A DNA stretch of 64,000 nt, from NCBI GenBank assembly GCA_958009085.1, contig OY253669.1:434001-498000 (forward strand), given 5' to 3'. The notes below the pieces were generated by a model. That model had not been told where the DNA came from, ran no database searches, and saw only the letters and a list, made by a program, of their open reading frames with translations. This stretch comes from Protoeuglena noctilucae (lineage: Eukaryota). Shown here piece by piece: positions 1 through 12,877 of the stretch. Position 1 is the first letter of the stretch, and each line of letters starts with the position of its first letter. The translations under genes and the position numbers were made by a program.

Positions 1-3000
1 GTCGGTGGCGGGGGGCACCCCCCGGGGTACGGGCAAGGGGACGGTGGTGGTGAAGCCGCCCGTGCCCCTCGCGATGCTGGCGGAGGCGCGCGACCGCCTG
101 CACCGCCTGCACGCCGTGCTGGCGCAGAGGTGCGTGGGGCAGGGCCAGAGAGATGGGCACCGGCCCTGCCACCTTGGGTGCAAGCCATGCGGAGAGTCAT
201 GAATGCCTGGGTTTTGTTTCATAAATCCCATGATCGCCAAGATGGCTCCGTCGCCTGTCCATTGCTCTTTTCTGACCCCACCGCAGGGAGTCTCCGACGT
301 TCTGGAAGGTGCAGAGCCTGCTGCGAATGGATGGGGACGGCGCGCATTTGGGAAAACGCAAGGGATCTCCGGGGATGTTGTTTGGTGGGGCGGAGGACGC
401 GCTGGGGCGGCAGACGCCGGGACTGCCTGGGTCAGCCTACAAGCGCATGCGTGGGGCGGACGGCGAGCGTGTGGGGTTGGGCCGGGGGGGCGAGGAAGAT
501 GCGGAGGCGGTTGAGGAAGAGGCCATGGCGTCTTTGCAGGCGCTCGTGGCCAGGGCGGCCCAGGTAAGGGGCGCGAGTGCCTCAGTTGGAGGTACCATGG
601 GTGCCTAGTTGGTGGTGGTGGGCAGTGGCCACAGCAGCGTCCCACTGCTCCCCATGACGCCGTCTCATGCCTCTATGCCCACCCACTGTCTCTCCCAGGT
701 CCTCTCCCTGCTCATCCTGGCATCCCGCCAGCGTCTGAGCCCCATGGAGGCACCCACCGTGGATCTGCTCACGCGTTCCACCCTTCGCGCTTTGGTGGTG
801 GAGGAGGCGGGGGAGCAGGCGCTGCGGGCCGTCATCCACGCCATGCAGCCGCAGGAGGCGGACGATGCACTGCGACAGGCGCTCGGGGCCGAGTGCCCGT
901 CCTTCTTCAAGGCGAGTGGGCGTGGCGAGCGGTTGTGCTGCGCTGGCCGGCGTGCGGAGAGAGTGGCAGCCGCAGCCCCCTCGCCGCTGGACGAAGCACA
1001 CGGTGGGCATTTCGGGGCTGAGCGGAAAGTAAGTATGTCAATGCCCATGTGAGAGCCGCGCGGGTGCCTGGCGTGGCTGTGTTTAGCACCTGCATGCGTT
1101 GGCACCGACAGTGCGCAGACTCACTGCAGCATCTGCACCCGAGCGCAGGAAGAGGATCAGAAGGCGCTTCTGGCGACCAAGGCCCTGGCGGAGGCGGATC
1201 GCATGGCAGAGGGGCCGGACAAGCAAGACCGGGCCGCAGCTGCACTGGCGCTGCTCCTGGAGCTGCCGGGCTCGGTGGACCTGGGCGCGGCCGTGCCGAT
1301 CCTGGCGCGCGTCGGGATGATCGACGGATGCGTGCAGCTGGTCGCGAGGCGAGGGATGCTTTGAGATGCTGGACTACTATTGTAGATGTGACGCAACGTG
1401 GGCCTCTGCAGGAGACCAGTGCGCTCAGCTGCGAGTGCCCTGGCCCCGCCCCGCTCGCAGGGCTGCGCATCTTTCCGACCCGGAGCAGCTCGCGGGCCGC
1501 CTGGGCCCGGAGGGAGAGGCGGCGCGGGCCCGCCGCCACCAGTCCTACCGCCACCTGCTGTCGGCCGTGGTGGCGCTCGGCAAGCCGGCCATCGCCAAGC
1601 TCCTCCGGTCGCAAGCCGCGGCCCAGGATCCCTGGCTCGCGGACTTTACGTTCGAGTACCTCGCCGCGGCACGCCAGGGCGACGTGCTGCTGGCCCAGGC
1701 CCCCGCCTCGCGACTGGAGGACTTCTTCCTTCGTGCCGGCGGCATCGACGCGGACCTGACCAGGCCGCTCCCGGCGCTGCTGCCGGCGCAGGAGCAGTGC
1801 TTGCTCCTGCTCTCCGACCTGTACGTCCGGCAGGGGCGGTCCGAGCGGGCGGCGCGTGTGCTCGAGGCGCTGGCGAGGAGGGACGGCCTGGGCATCGCAG
1901 ACCGGAGGGCGCTGCTGGGCCGCGCGAGGTCCGCGGCGGAGTCTGCGGGGGTTCCTAGCGGAGAGATCGCTAACTTGCTAGAAGTGCTGGACCTGCAGGA
2001 GGACGTGCTGCGGCGCGCGGAGCGGGCGGGGGCGGGGCGGGTGTCCCAGGCGAGGGCGTGCGCTGACATTGCGTGCGCTAAATGATGATGCCTGCGCTGA
2101 CTGAGGATGCGCGCCAGCACGTGCACTGGGTTCTCTTATCTCCGCCCAGCAGCGCCTTGCGTTTGCTGCGCCCGCAGGCGACCCTCACGGCGCTGTCTAC
2201 CACGCTCATGACCCTCTCGTCCCTGTACAACGACGTGGCGCACCCGCTGCACCTGTGGGACCTGTGCCTGCGGATTTTGGACGCCTCGGAGCTCCCGGAG
2301 GCGCACGCTGAGGTGGCGCTGGCGCTGTGGACCAACCTGCTCGTGCACCCTGGGAGTGAGGAAGCGGCGGGCGAGCAGGAAGGCGCGCAGTGGGTGGGGC
2401 TGCAGGAGGCAACGGAGACAGTGGTGGGCGTGGGACGCGCGCTGCGGCTTGGGGGGCCCGCGCTGCCGCTGGCTTTCATCGCCCGGCAGGTGACACGCGC
2501 GATGGGTGCACTTTGTCGCTACGCAGGGCGCCTAGCGGCTGGGCAGTGATGGTTGCCTCGTTGCGTTGCACGTGTACACATGTGACGGGCCGCGTCTGCG
2601 TCGCAGCTGTTCGAGGTGGCGGGCGCGGCGCTGGGCGAGCCCGAGTGCGTGAGGATCGCGGAGGCACTGCGGGCGGCGTGCGAGCGCGAGGGAGGCACGG
2701 CCCTGGCATCCGCGGCGCCCGCCATGGCCGCGCTGACGGACGTGGCGCACGCGACGGCGGACACGGGGACGCAGGAGGCCGCACTGGTGGCCGCCGCGCA
2801 TTTGGCCAGGTGAGATGCAGTGCAGCGGCAACAGGTTGCGACTTGCGTGGCTGCTGACGCTGACGGGGGCTAAGCAGAGGAGCTCGTTGGTACTGACGTA
2901 CGTGACCATCGTCGGGATGCGTGGGTTATCTGCTTCTACATTCGCTGCCCCCGCAGTGCCGTCAGTGCTGAGGCGGCGGGCGTGCCTCAGGGTAGCGCGG

Positions 3001-3158
3001 GCCTGCGGGAGCTTGCGGCTCTCCGCGACGCGTGCCAGCGACTGCGGTCCGGCGCTGCCCGTGCGATGTCTGCCGAGCTGGCGGAGGTGGCGGCGGGGGC
3101 GGCCAATCGTGCCATCGCTGCTTTGGACCGGATGGGCCGGGTGGGGTTCCGGGGCTGA
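1..3158 (+). CDS. NUP155: Nucleoporin Nup155/Nup170 family, 3' portion (gene starts upstream of window); 8 exons in window
   Basis: Spliced exons about 1-129, 287-562, 699-911, 1149-1348, 1461-2049, 2178-2489, 2607-2809, 2957-3158. They give CPSFFK|EEDQK..., LLSDLYVRQGRSERAARVLEALA and LMTLSSLYNDVAHPLHLWDLCLRIL, matching remembered Nup155 C-terminal motifs. Three introns start with GC (912, 1349, 2050). Confidence 0.85.
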
Positions 3159-3369
3159 TCTCTCGTCCATATCACTACTGAAACCTCGCCGCTCTGCTCT
3201 CGCATTGATCGTTGAGCATCTAGACTTCGCCATCACCTGACGGGCAATGAAACGTTCGGCACAGCACGTTGCACTGTGCTCGGAAGCAATGGCACACGCC
3301 CCCGTGCACGAAGCTACTAGCGGCTATCAGCATCATTCCCATCTTCATCCATCCACGTGCGACGAGTAT

Positions 3370-3421
3370 GTCACGTCCGCAGCTTGACCAGCACTTGCAC
3401 CGTCACGTCCGCAGCTTGACC
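3370..3421. repeat. Exact 20-bp direct repeat duplicating the last codons and stop of the kinase gene
   Basis: gtcacgtccgcagcttgacc at 3370-3389 and 3402-3421. Confidence 0.9.
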
Positions 3422-6400
3422 GACGCATGCATGCGGATGGTCGCGCCGTGCGCGGGGTCCTCCCCCGCAGCCCCCCGCGCGTCAATCACCATCGTGTCTT
3501 CGTACCTCGCCGCCACCATCTGACGGTGGTACCCCGCCGTGGGTCCACCTGCCGATGGCTTGGCCGTCAGCGCCCAGCGGATGACGCACCGCCAGTGGTC
3601 CTCCTCACCCTCGGCAGGCTGCAGTTTGGGATAAGAGATGAGCCAGTTAGATAAGATACACATCGTGTGAGACATGGCAGTGTGAGTTGTGGAAGAGAGG
3701 GAGCAGAGGGCAGTGGGCAGGCAGGACGCTTTCAGTGTCCATAACCCACCCTCGCTCTCACCTCGACGATGACGCCCGTCACCTCCTGGCGCATGTCCCG
3801 GTTCTGGCACCGCGTGACGCCCAGCTGAGGGCAGACGAGGATGCGACATGTCGGTGGAAACGCAAAGCGCATGGGTGGAGGCATGTGAAAGCAGAGAGGT
3901 AAGGGGAGATAGATGCATGGCATGACACGTTGTTGAGACAGGACGCCTCTGGCGCTGGTTGCAGAGGTGCGCGGCATCGCATCGTTGCTCAGTGTGTCAT
4001 CAGGTGTGACCTATGTCACCTGGTGGAGGGCCTGTGCGATGTCGCCTGCGGTGCGGGAGAGCTCAGCCCCATCCACGGCCACCAGCGCGTCTGGCGCGTA
4101 CATGTACCCTGCCGTGGTCAGGCTGTCCGGGGAGAACATGTGGACGAGGGAGTAGAGGCGGTTGAAGACCTGCGGGTGATGGAAGAGACGTGGGTGATAT
4201 GAGTGACGTCACAGGTACAGGCTGAGGCCCTACCCTAAACGAGTTCGCCATTGGGCTCGTCAAGCACACAAACGACAACGTACAACAACTTGTTGTCTGC
4301 CGTCTGCGGGTACCACCCACCTGTACGGCCTGCATGCCACCGAACTGCCCCACGCCCGGCATCACGGCGCGCACGGACGCCCGAAAGAAGTCAGAGAGGG
4401 CCTCGGGGGTGGAGTTGTAGCGGCGCATGAGGGGGTGAGCTGCAAGGGTGCAGCGAGGGGGCGGTGGTATCAGGCGTGAGCATCACAAGATGGTGCCCAA
4501 GACGGCGCCATATCAGATGCTCTCTTGCATCCATCTCAGCATTAACGCTCGTGCATCTGTCTCAGCAACATCCCTGCGCGTCACGGGTGCCCAGCTCGTG
4601 CCGCCCCTCACCCAGGAGCTCTGCGGCGGTGGGCCGGGCCGTGGGGTCCCGGGCGAGGCACCTCTCCATGAAGTCTCGGAGCTCAGCCGACACGTGGAGA
4701 TCGTCCAAGTGGATCGGCAAGTGCCGTACCATCCACTCGGCTGCGGGGGACGGGTGACGGAGGGACGTGGGCGTAGCCAGGCAAGCCACGCGCAGAGCAG
4801 CTGTTCAGCGACGGCTGACATGGCACATCGCAGCTCCTGATCTGAATAACCGACTGCGCGTGGTGTTCAGCGACCCAGTTTGATCGCAGGGCAGGGCATG
4901 TTCGTGCATAGCTGACAATGGGGCGCTTGAGACGTCACCCACACATCGCAGGCGAGGCCTCACTGGACGGCCCGTCAGATCCTCGGAACGGCGACGCCCC
5001 CCGCACGCATTCCAGCAGCGACGCCCCGAGTGCCCAAATGTCCGCAGCCATGGCCGCCGCGTCCGACTTGGCGGGACCCACCAGCAGCTCAGGCGCGCAG
5101 TAGAGGGGCTTGGCGGCGCCCACATGCAGGCCCAGCTCACGGTACGTTCTGCGGCCGAGGAAGCACAGTCCTCGCGCGTCATGTGAAGCGTGATTACTTG
5201 GAGGCCATGCGACGACACCGCCAGCACCGTCTACGTCACGCACAAGGCACGAGAAGATCATATGATATGAGATTCTGACCCGAGCAACGTCAACCAGACT
5301 GGTTGACGCACGCCATCACAGAGCCACTCCCTCACCCGGGCCCGTCCACGAGCACACGGCCATTGTTGACGTCGATGAGCAAAGCACGTGGCGACAGCGA
5401 CCCGTGGGCGCGGCCCGCCCCGTGGAGCGAGTGCAGGCCCTCCACAGCACCCGCAGCCACCGCCACAACCACGTCCTCCTCCAACCCCGCCCGCTGCGGC
5501 CGCGGGCCCTCCGCGCTGTGCCCCTGCGCCTGCCGTGCCTCGCCCAGCTCTCTCGGGAACAGCTTGGACATGCCCGCCCCCTGCCACTCCACGCCGTTGT
5601 CGAAGCGGCCCCCCGAAGCCCCAAGCGTGCCGTCCGCCGGCCCTGCCGCCTCAGTCCCCGCCTCCGCCTTTGCCAGAGACGCCGCCTGCGCAGAATAACA
5701 GAGAGCACAGGTCCCGGGAGGTGAGCTGCCACTCTCATGCTGTTCACTATTATGGCACGTCGACAGCCCAGTGACGGTGCGCGGCTGCTGGTGACCGGCG
5801 CACGCATGGATATCGAGGTATCGTCACCCTCACCCACGGAGTGTAACACGTGCAAGGCTGGCTGCAGATGGCTGGCGCACGTACGCACCTCCAGCAGGTC
5901 GTCAACAGAGCGGGCCTCGTAGTAGGGCTGCAGGACACACAGGTCCCCCGTCTCCTTGCTTTTGAAGCACCCGAGTGTCGGCGAGACGCCGTCCATGGCG
6001 CGGTATTCCAGGGATGACACAATCTCAGCCACCAAGGCCTTGCGTTGGTCCTTGTTGCACCTGATGCTCTTCATCAGCAGAAACTGGTTGACGTCGGGGC
6101 AAAAGACTCGCCACGTGGAGCCCGACGGACCCTGCGCTACCAGCTCCTGCGGCCAAGCGGGGGCGCTCCCGGCCATTTGGCAGGGAACTGCGCTGGCAGG
6201 GTTGCGCGACCGCCTGCCCACCTGCGGGAGGATACATGCGAGAGGAGGGGACTGGACTCACCTTGAGATAGAAGTCTGCTTCGCTGCATGGGATGATGGA
6301 GAATCCGTCCTCGGATCGGTCCACTCTAAACCCTTGAACGCCCACCGACACGGTCCCCCACGACTGCTTGCACACCAAAGCCTCTTTGACCTGCGGAGGC

Positions 6401-6465
6401 CAGAAACCGGAAACAAGATATTTCAATGCGTCCTGCGGGAGCTGGGCAGGGCGTGGTTCCCGCAT
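3403..6465 (-). CDS. MAPKK-like kinase-fold protein with C-terminal NTF2-like domain (MKK3 architecture), predicted pseudokinase
   Basis: Spliced kinase motifs VAQGPSG, LLMKSI, LVAEI, HGSLSPRALLID, YCAPE, ADIWALG and FMERCLARDPTARPTAAELL. These are followed by an alpha/beta tail (YMYAPDALVAVDG...GDIAQAL...RYEDTMVI) typical of the NTF2/SnoaL fold. Start codon uncertain. Confidence 0.65.
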
Positions 6466-6989
6466 CGGGGCCCGTTGTGAGCTCGCAGGTCTGCAAGGCC
6501 ATCATCGCGGCTGCCGGCGTCGCACCATGCCATAGGTGATCCATTCCAGATCCGAAGCAGGCTTGATGCGGCGAGTGTGCACCGTCTTGACCTCCCGTAG
6601 CGGCTTGCTCGTCCAGGCCTGCGCCCGCGGCGCACCGCCCCACATTTCGCGAGTCCCGCGCAAGCAGCCGCGTCAGCAGCGATCGTGATATGCGCGCCCA
6701 GACTGAAGCAGTCCAGATGCAGGAGCGTGAGCTGAAAACAAGCCTGGAAGAGGCTGCGATGGGAAGTCAGACGGGGGCTTTCCCTGCTCCCCGGTCAGCC
6801 CGGTCCGGGAAACCATCCTGCACGCATCCAAGCTATGCAGTTAGTTCTATCTATGATTCTCAAACGCTCGGTGCCCCCCATCTCTGAGGCGGCCGCTCCG
6901 GCGCGAGCAGCACCTTGACCTTTGCAGCCACGACAGCTGAGCCCGAGCTGAAGCGGGCTGAGCTCCTCCGCGCTTTTCGAATAAGCGAC

Positions 6990-9607
6990 ATGTCAGCCAT
7001 GATGCGGAGCCTGGTTGTCATGCTGCTCATCGCTGCTGTGGCTTGCAGCGCCGTCTGCACGGGCACCCTGGCCTTCTCCAAGCGCATTCTCGTCACCCTG
7101 AGTCCCACGTGACCCGCAAGTGTCTGCTCATGTGGCAGTCAGATTCCCTCAGGTTCTGAACTCTCAATGCGCCACTCTCTGACCCAGGGACCGCGGAGCT
7201 CCAAGCCACGAGTCGGTGTGCGAGCAGCTGCACATCGTCGCAGCCGGGCACCTCGGGAGCATCACCCTGTGTTCCGGTAAGGATAAGATGCCTACATGCT
7301 GCAGGGAGCGGATGCGTTGAGCAAGGTGGAGCCAAAGAGTTTGCCCACACTGCTCGCAGCTACCCTGGGTGTGGCTGTGATCGAGGCCGCAGCCAGACTG
7401 CCCGAGGCGGCCGTGGAGGACTTTCGGCGAGTCTCGGGCGTGGTATTCGTGGAGCGGGATTCTCTGGGTGGGTCCTCGCTGTTCCAGCCTGCACAGCGAT
7501 GCATCGTGCCGGGTGCTCATCAGCGACCAACCTGGCGCCCGCAGTCACTAGCTACGGAGCCCGGGTGGCCAACGTCCACCCGCTGTCAGTCGTGGTCGGT
7601 GGGCCTGAAGCAGAGGCCCGGTCGCCGCCTCCAGCAACCGGTTCGGTGGGTGCCAAACCTTTGCCACTTCTTGGCCCCTCGCGTCCACCTTGGCCTAAGT
7701 TCAGTCCCTGCTGCCGTCACAGGGCACGGAGAACGCGAGCAGAAGATATCGCGGAGCACGGCTGTGCTTCCCGGACGGCCAGGTGGACACATCCCACCCG
7801 GCCCTGCACCGCGCCCACGTCGTGCACTTCGCGCCAACACAGACTCAGAACGTCGGGGACGCCGGCGCCCTCAGCATGTTGATCGCGGGAGTCATCGTCG
7901 GTGAGCGCCGCGCCAAAGGCGTGCCTCATATTCCCTGGCCCGGCCTTTGCTCACCAACGCCGTTCTTCTCCCGTGCCCCGGCAGGTGACGCTGTGCCCGG
8001 TGCCCATCCGGCCCTCGCGGGCTTGGCTCCGGACTCCGAGATCCTCAACTGCGCCTTCTTGTCCCTGGACCGCGTGGGGGCGCTCTCTGACGCCCTCGCC
8101 TGCCTGGCATGGTGCACCGACCTGGGTGCCACCGCGGCACTCGTCACATGGGGGGCACCGGACCGCAGCCCCGCCCTCAGCGCCGCCATCGCATCCCTGC
8201 AAGACATGGTCGTCGTGGCCGCCGCGGGGGACCAGGGCACAAGCCTGAAGGCAGCCCCACGGTACCCGGCTGCCATGAGCTGCCCACCGCCGCTGCCCGG
8301 GTCTCCAAGCGGGTCGGCAGGCCTCTCTTCCGACTGCGCGACCCACGTAATCTCCGTGGGCGCATTAGACACCGCGGGTCAGCTGCTTTACACGAGCAAC
8401 CACGGCGCAGCGGCATGGGGGCCAGACGGGGCGGGGCGGCCGGGCGTGGACCTCCTGGCGCCTGGCGAGTCGGTGATCGGTCCGGGAACCCAGCACCGCT
8501 CCGCCGCGGCCTCGGGAACAGCTGTGTCAGCTGCGGTGGTCGCCGGGGTGGTGGCTGCTCTGCAAGGACAGGGCGGGGCGGCTGCCGCGAGCGAACCGTC
8601 GCCGGCCGCCTTGCGCGCGTGCCTGTTCGCCACGGCTGCCCCCGCGGGGCCAGGGACGCTGGGGCAGAGGCCGGCGCGGTACGGTCGGCTGGATGCTGAG
8701 GCGGTGATGCGCGGCTGGGGCGAAGACGACTGCCAAAGCGTGGAGGTGCGGGTGGTCAAAGAAGGCCTGCACGGAGCTGTTGAGGTGCCTGTGAAAAGCG
8801 AGCGGCCAGCGCAGGGAGAGGCGGGGCCCGCAGTGTCATCCTTGCTGTGGCTGGTGGCGGTGGGTGGCGGTGGGTTCTTGGGGTGCGCGCTGACCTTGGT
8901 CGTACTGGCGGTAGCAAAAAGCCCCGGGCGCGGGCGCATCCAGTCGGGCATTCTCCCGAAGACGTCGCGGTCTCTGCTGATGCCACCGCATGCGCACGCG
9001 CACGTCCCCATCGCGCACCTGCCGGGGCTCAAAGAGGAGCCTGAGGAGACCGACCACGCCCACGGCCACCACGCTGCCAGGCCGCCGAGTCGACTGCCCC
9101 AGGTGACACCCTCATGATGCATGCTGCGCTCATACGTGTGACGCAGCACCTAAAACGTCTCTCAGCCCTCGATCGCCCGCAGCTGATTAGCTGGGTGAGC
9201 TTCAGAGGCGCCGACAAGGCCCACGAGGCGCGAGACGCGGCAGCGGCACCGCAGCGGCCCAGCGACGGTGACGGCGACGACCACGGAGGGCCCAGGGCCC
9301 CGGCAGTCCCGAGGATCACCACGGCGCGGAGGCGGAGCTCCGAGTTCGTGACGGGTGCGTCGAGCCCTGTCGCTAATCGACGGCCCAGGGTCGCAGGGGT
9401 CCCGGTGGCTGACCTGGAGCGATGCACGGGCAGCCCACCGCCTCCGCAGGAGACCGCCGTGCCGTGCGCACCCACCCGTCGCCCCCGCCTGGCCCGGCGC
9501 CTCCGACGGGCCGCCGCGTGTCGAACGAAGACCCCGCGCAGGGGCAGGGCGCTGCGACGCATGGCACTTTGCGGCGCAGGGATTCTCGGGCCATGGACCG
9601 CGTATGA
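6990..9607 (+). CDS. Membrane-anchored subtilisin-like (S8) protein with signal peptide and I9-like prodomain, predicted catalytically inactive
   Basis: Signal peptide MMRSLVVMLLIAAVACSA; prodomain-like FRRVSGVVFVERDS; S8 motifs CFPDGQVDTSHPAL, LAGLAPDSEIL, VVAAAGDQG, YPAA, VISVGA, VDLLAPG, SGTAVSAAVVAG, YGRLDA; TM segment LLWLVAVGGGGFLGCALTLVVLAVA. Introns inferred at 7277-7359, 7468-7544, 7646-7722, 7901-7984, about 9103-9182 and 9355-9449. Confidence 0.75.
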
Positions 9608-10074
9608 CGCTCTTGCGGGGCACGTGCGGGGCCGCTTCTTGCTTAAGCTCCGGTTGCCACGCTCTGGCCATTGGAAAAGGCTGCGCGTGTGGGATAGGGC
9701 ACTGGCAACGTTTAGGGTTCAGGCCCAGTGCGCCCAGGCAAAACACTGAACGAGGCTGCGGCGTGCGAGACACAGTTGGGGGTTGCAGTTAGGGGAGACG
9801 AGGTGTGTTACTCAACGCTTCCTGCCGCTCCAGAGCGCGGTGGGACATCTGGTGCAATCTTGGGGCTCGCGCTCCGCCTTCCGTCGCGCAACGCGCGTGC
9901 CCTCCAGGTGATTGATCGATGCGATGGAAAGCTATGCGTTGCAGGGGGGATGGTCCCCGAACATCCCGCGGTTCGTCTGGGCACTGTGGCGCTGCGTTGC
10001 ACTATGCTGTGCATGCTGCGCACTTGATGCCACCGCTATCGGCGTCGCCGCTGCCCCCAGACGATCTCTGCACC

Positions 10075-10518
10075 ATGAACACCGACGTGGAGGTCACTGC
10101 GGGGACGGTCCTGAACGCACACCGTGCCGTCCGCAACAAAGCGAGGGAGCGCCGCAAGACGATCCAAGTCCGTCTGCTGTCCCGGCTGACTTTCAAGAAA
10201 GCCCGCAGGGGTGTGGGGTCGGGTGTCAAGTACCTCCGCGCTGTCATGCGGTCGCGGGCCATCCCCTTTGCGTCCCGCGAAGTCCTCCGCGACGCAGGCC
10301 TCCCTATTACGGCGGAGGCGGTGCGCATCACAGACCTGCCCAGGCTGCTGCAGGCCATCGAGCAGGTGCCCGACCATGCCTGGGCCCGCGTCATGTCCAC
10401 CCCCAGCATGCCTGTGCATGGCACCTGTGTCATGCTTGTAGTGTAACCTGACGCTGATAGGCGTTGATGCACGCAGGACGCCGCAGAGAGGGGCGTGAAC
10501 CTGCATGCCTTCATCTGA
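10075..10518 (+). CDS. Hypothetical small basic protein (5' end uncertain)
   Basis: Codon-biased ORF MNTDVEVTAGTVLNAH...LLQAIEQ with a GT-AG intron (about 10366-10476) joining to DAAERGVNLHAFI*. Confidence 0.45.
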
Positions 10519-10876
10519 AGACGGCGCCAAAACAATGCGACCGGACCACAGAAAGGGCACGCCGGAACGGCGACGCCAACCCCGCCCCGGCCGCTGCGCC
10601 TGCACACCCTGCCGCGGCCGCAGCTGCTGGCCGCGCCCCGATCGCTGCGCCTGCCGACCCCACCATCACAGCAGGCAACACGGCTGGCGCAGCAGTGAAC
10701 GGACGCGGTGGAGCACGGCAGTTTTTGAAGCGACTCGGGGGCGAGCGACGCCTAAGCATATACAGTACTAGCGCCGGCATATAGGGATAGAAAGATTACG
10801 TCACACAACATGCGCACATATCGCGTGCCAACTCGCATCTCTGCGCACTTGGCTTGCGCGTGAGCGGACGGCGTCC

Positions 10877-12628
10877 TCATCGCACTCCCAAGGTTCCTTT
10901 CAGGACCTCGTAGCAGAGCCACGACACGGCCGTACCTGGCGCAAGGGACGCCACGCGCGCCCCCACCCCCTGCGTGTCACAATGCGGTGCCGACCAGTCG
11001 CACAAATGCTTAAAAGCACCTTCACGCTGCGCATCTCGCATCTCGCGGCCACTCACCCGCCACACCCACCGCGCCCCGTCGCTCCTCCGCAGGTCGCCCA
11101 CAATGCTCGCCACCGTCACTGGCCCCGTGCTTGGGAGGGCCGTCAGCACCTGCACCCACCGAGGCCCCGGCGATCGCTGACCAAACCCTTGGCAGCCAAG
11201 CCAGCCCCTGCGCATTAGCTGCGAGCCCTCCGTCGCCCCTCGCCTGGTACCGGGTCTTAACGATGTCGATGGGGTTGGTCAAGGCCGCCGCCACGCCCCC
11301 CGCCGCCGCCGCCGACGCCGCCACCGCCCACGCCGGCAGAGGGTCCACCGCGGTGCCTGATGCCCCACCATGGCTGCCCAGCAGGGCTGCCAGCGCCCGC
11401 TTGCTGGCCTCATACCCTGCAGCAGCTCAGAGAGACACGTGTCATACGCCCTTGTGTGGCCGCCACAAGCAAGTGAAGTCAGCGGAGTTAGCAGAACGGC
11501 GAGGTTCTCAGCCTCTCTGGCAGCGGGGGTGCAAGCCATTGCCACCAACCCATCCCACGCTTGCACCGTCCCGCCATTCGCACAACACACGGGAGCAGCC
11601 TCACCTGTGACGTACAGGGCGTTCCAAGGAATCCACACAGAGTTGGTGAGCCAGTACCCGCGGAACAGACCCAGAGGGCCATGCTGGGCCACGAGGCTCC
11701 GCACCACAACCCCTGCACTCCCAAAGGAGGCGCCCCTCAGGAAGCCATGCATCTGCGGGAGCCACCCACTGTTTTGTAGACAACGACGAGGCCCTTGAGA
11801 TGCCGTTGATGGCATCTGAGCAGTCCAGTGCACTACTCTTGCGCCCGCCCTCGCCTGCATACGCTCCTTCACCACATCCATCGGAGTGTACAGCAGCCCC
11901 GCCGTCATCTGAGCCACGGCACCTGCGAAAGCAGGTAAGGCAACGCACTGCGTCGCCTCCCTCGCCCTTCCGCACCCGCCACGCTCAGCTGCAACCCTCG
12001 ATGTGATGCGTTGCGTACCTGTGGTGAGGTCCGCTGCTGCGTCGCTGGCACCATCCCACAGCAGCAGCGGCGACGCGCGCTTGCCGACCTCGTACCCCTG
12101 CGTGTGGTGTGTGCGTGTGGTGTGCGTAGGCTGTGGCGCCCATGGGAGCTGCAAAGGCGTACACGCACAGCCAAGCGCCGAGGCACTGACCCAGTAGTAG
12201 GCCATGGTGCCTGGAAGTGCCCCTGCCAAGACGGGAACGATTCCGCGGTACAAGCCTGCAGGGCCCTCGACGCGGAGGACGCATCGAAGGGCATGATGCG
12301 CGGACCGGTACGTCGCCGAGGCCTCCCCCGCGCCCTGGACCTGGATGCGCGCTTTGATAGTATCGGCTGGGTACGTGACGATACGAGAAATGCTTCCTGC
12401 ATTCAGAAAGGCGCGGGAGCGGGGCCATCGGCTGCAGTGAAACCCCACTCTGAACTCCACCCCTCCTACCATACCAGCGTAGCGCTATCTCCGCACTGCC
12501 TTACCGGATACGGCACCGAGGACCAATACGCGCCACTCGGGAAGAGTGAGGGCTCCTAAATTCGATCCTTGGGGCCGCACTGCCTTCACGGCATGGCCGT
12601 CACAGCTCTCTACGCCGGCCTCGGCCAT
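10877..12628 (-). CDS. Mitochondrial carrier family (SLC25) protein
   Basis: Three Px[DE]xxK signatures (YPADTIKARIQ, TPMDVVKERMQ, NPIDIVKTRYQ) plus GLYRG/GLFRGY motifs; about 7 exons; two GC donors (11854, 11243). Confidence 0.9.
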
Positions 12629-12856
12629 GACCGCCCAAGTGGCGCCCGCTGTCGGATCCTGTTCACATAATCGCGCTCATGAGACGACGAGCGGCTGCAT
12701 CGGGAGTCGAGCGGGGTCTCGCTGGCCACTTCTGGCCATGAGGGAACTTCAAGGGACCCTCCCATCCAGCGCGCCCCAGGCCCTTTTGAAGTCTTCAGCT
12801 GTCAAATTGGGCACACCACGCGGCAAACTGCCGCGCCACTGGCCCCACCCCAGGTG

Positions 12857-12877
12857 TTAGGTTTAGGTTTCGGGTTT
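12857..12877. promoter_or_regulatory. Degenerate telomere-like tract in the divergent intergenic region
   Basis: ttaggtttaggtttcgggttt lies between the carrier ATG (12628, -) and the telobox-Myb ATG (12981, +). Confidence 0.3.
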
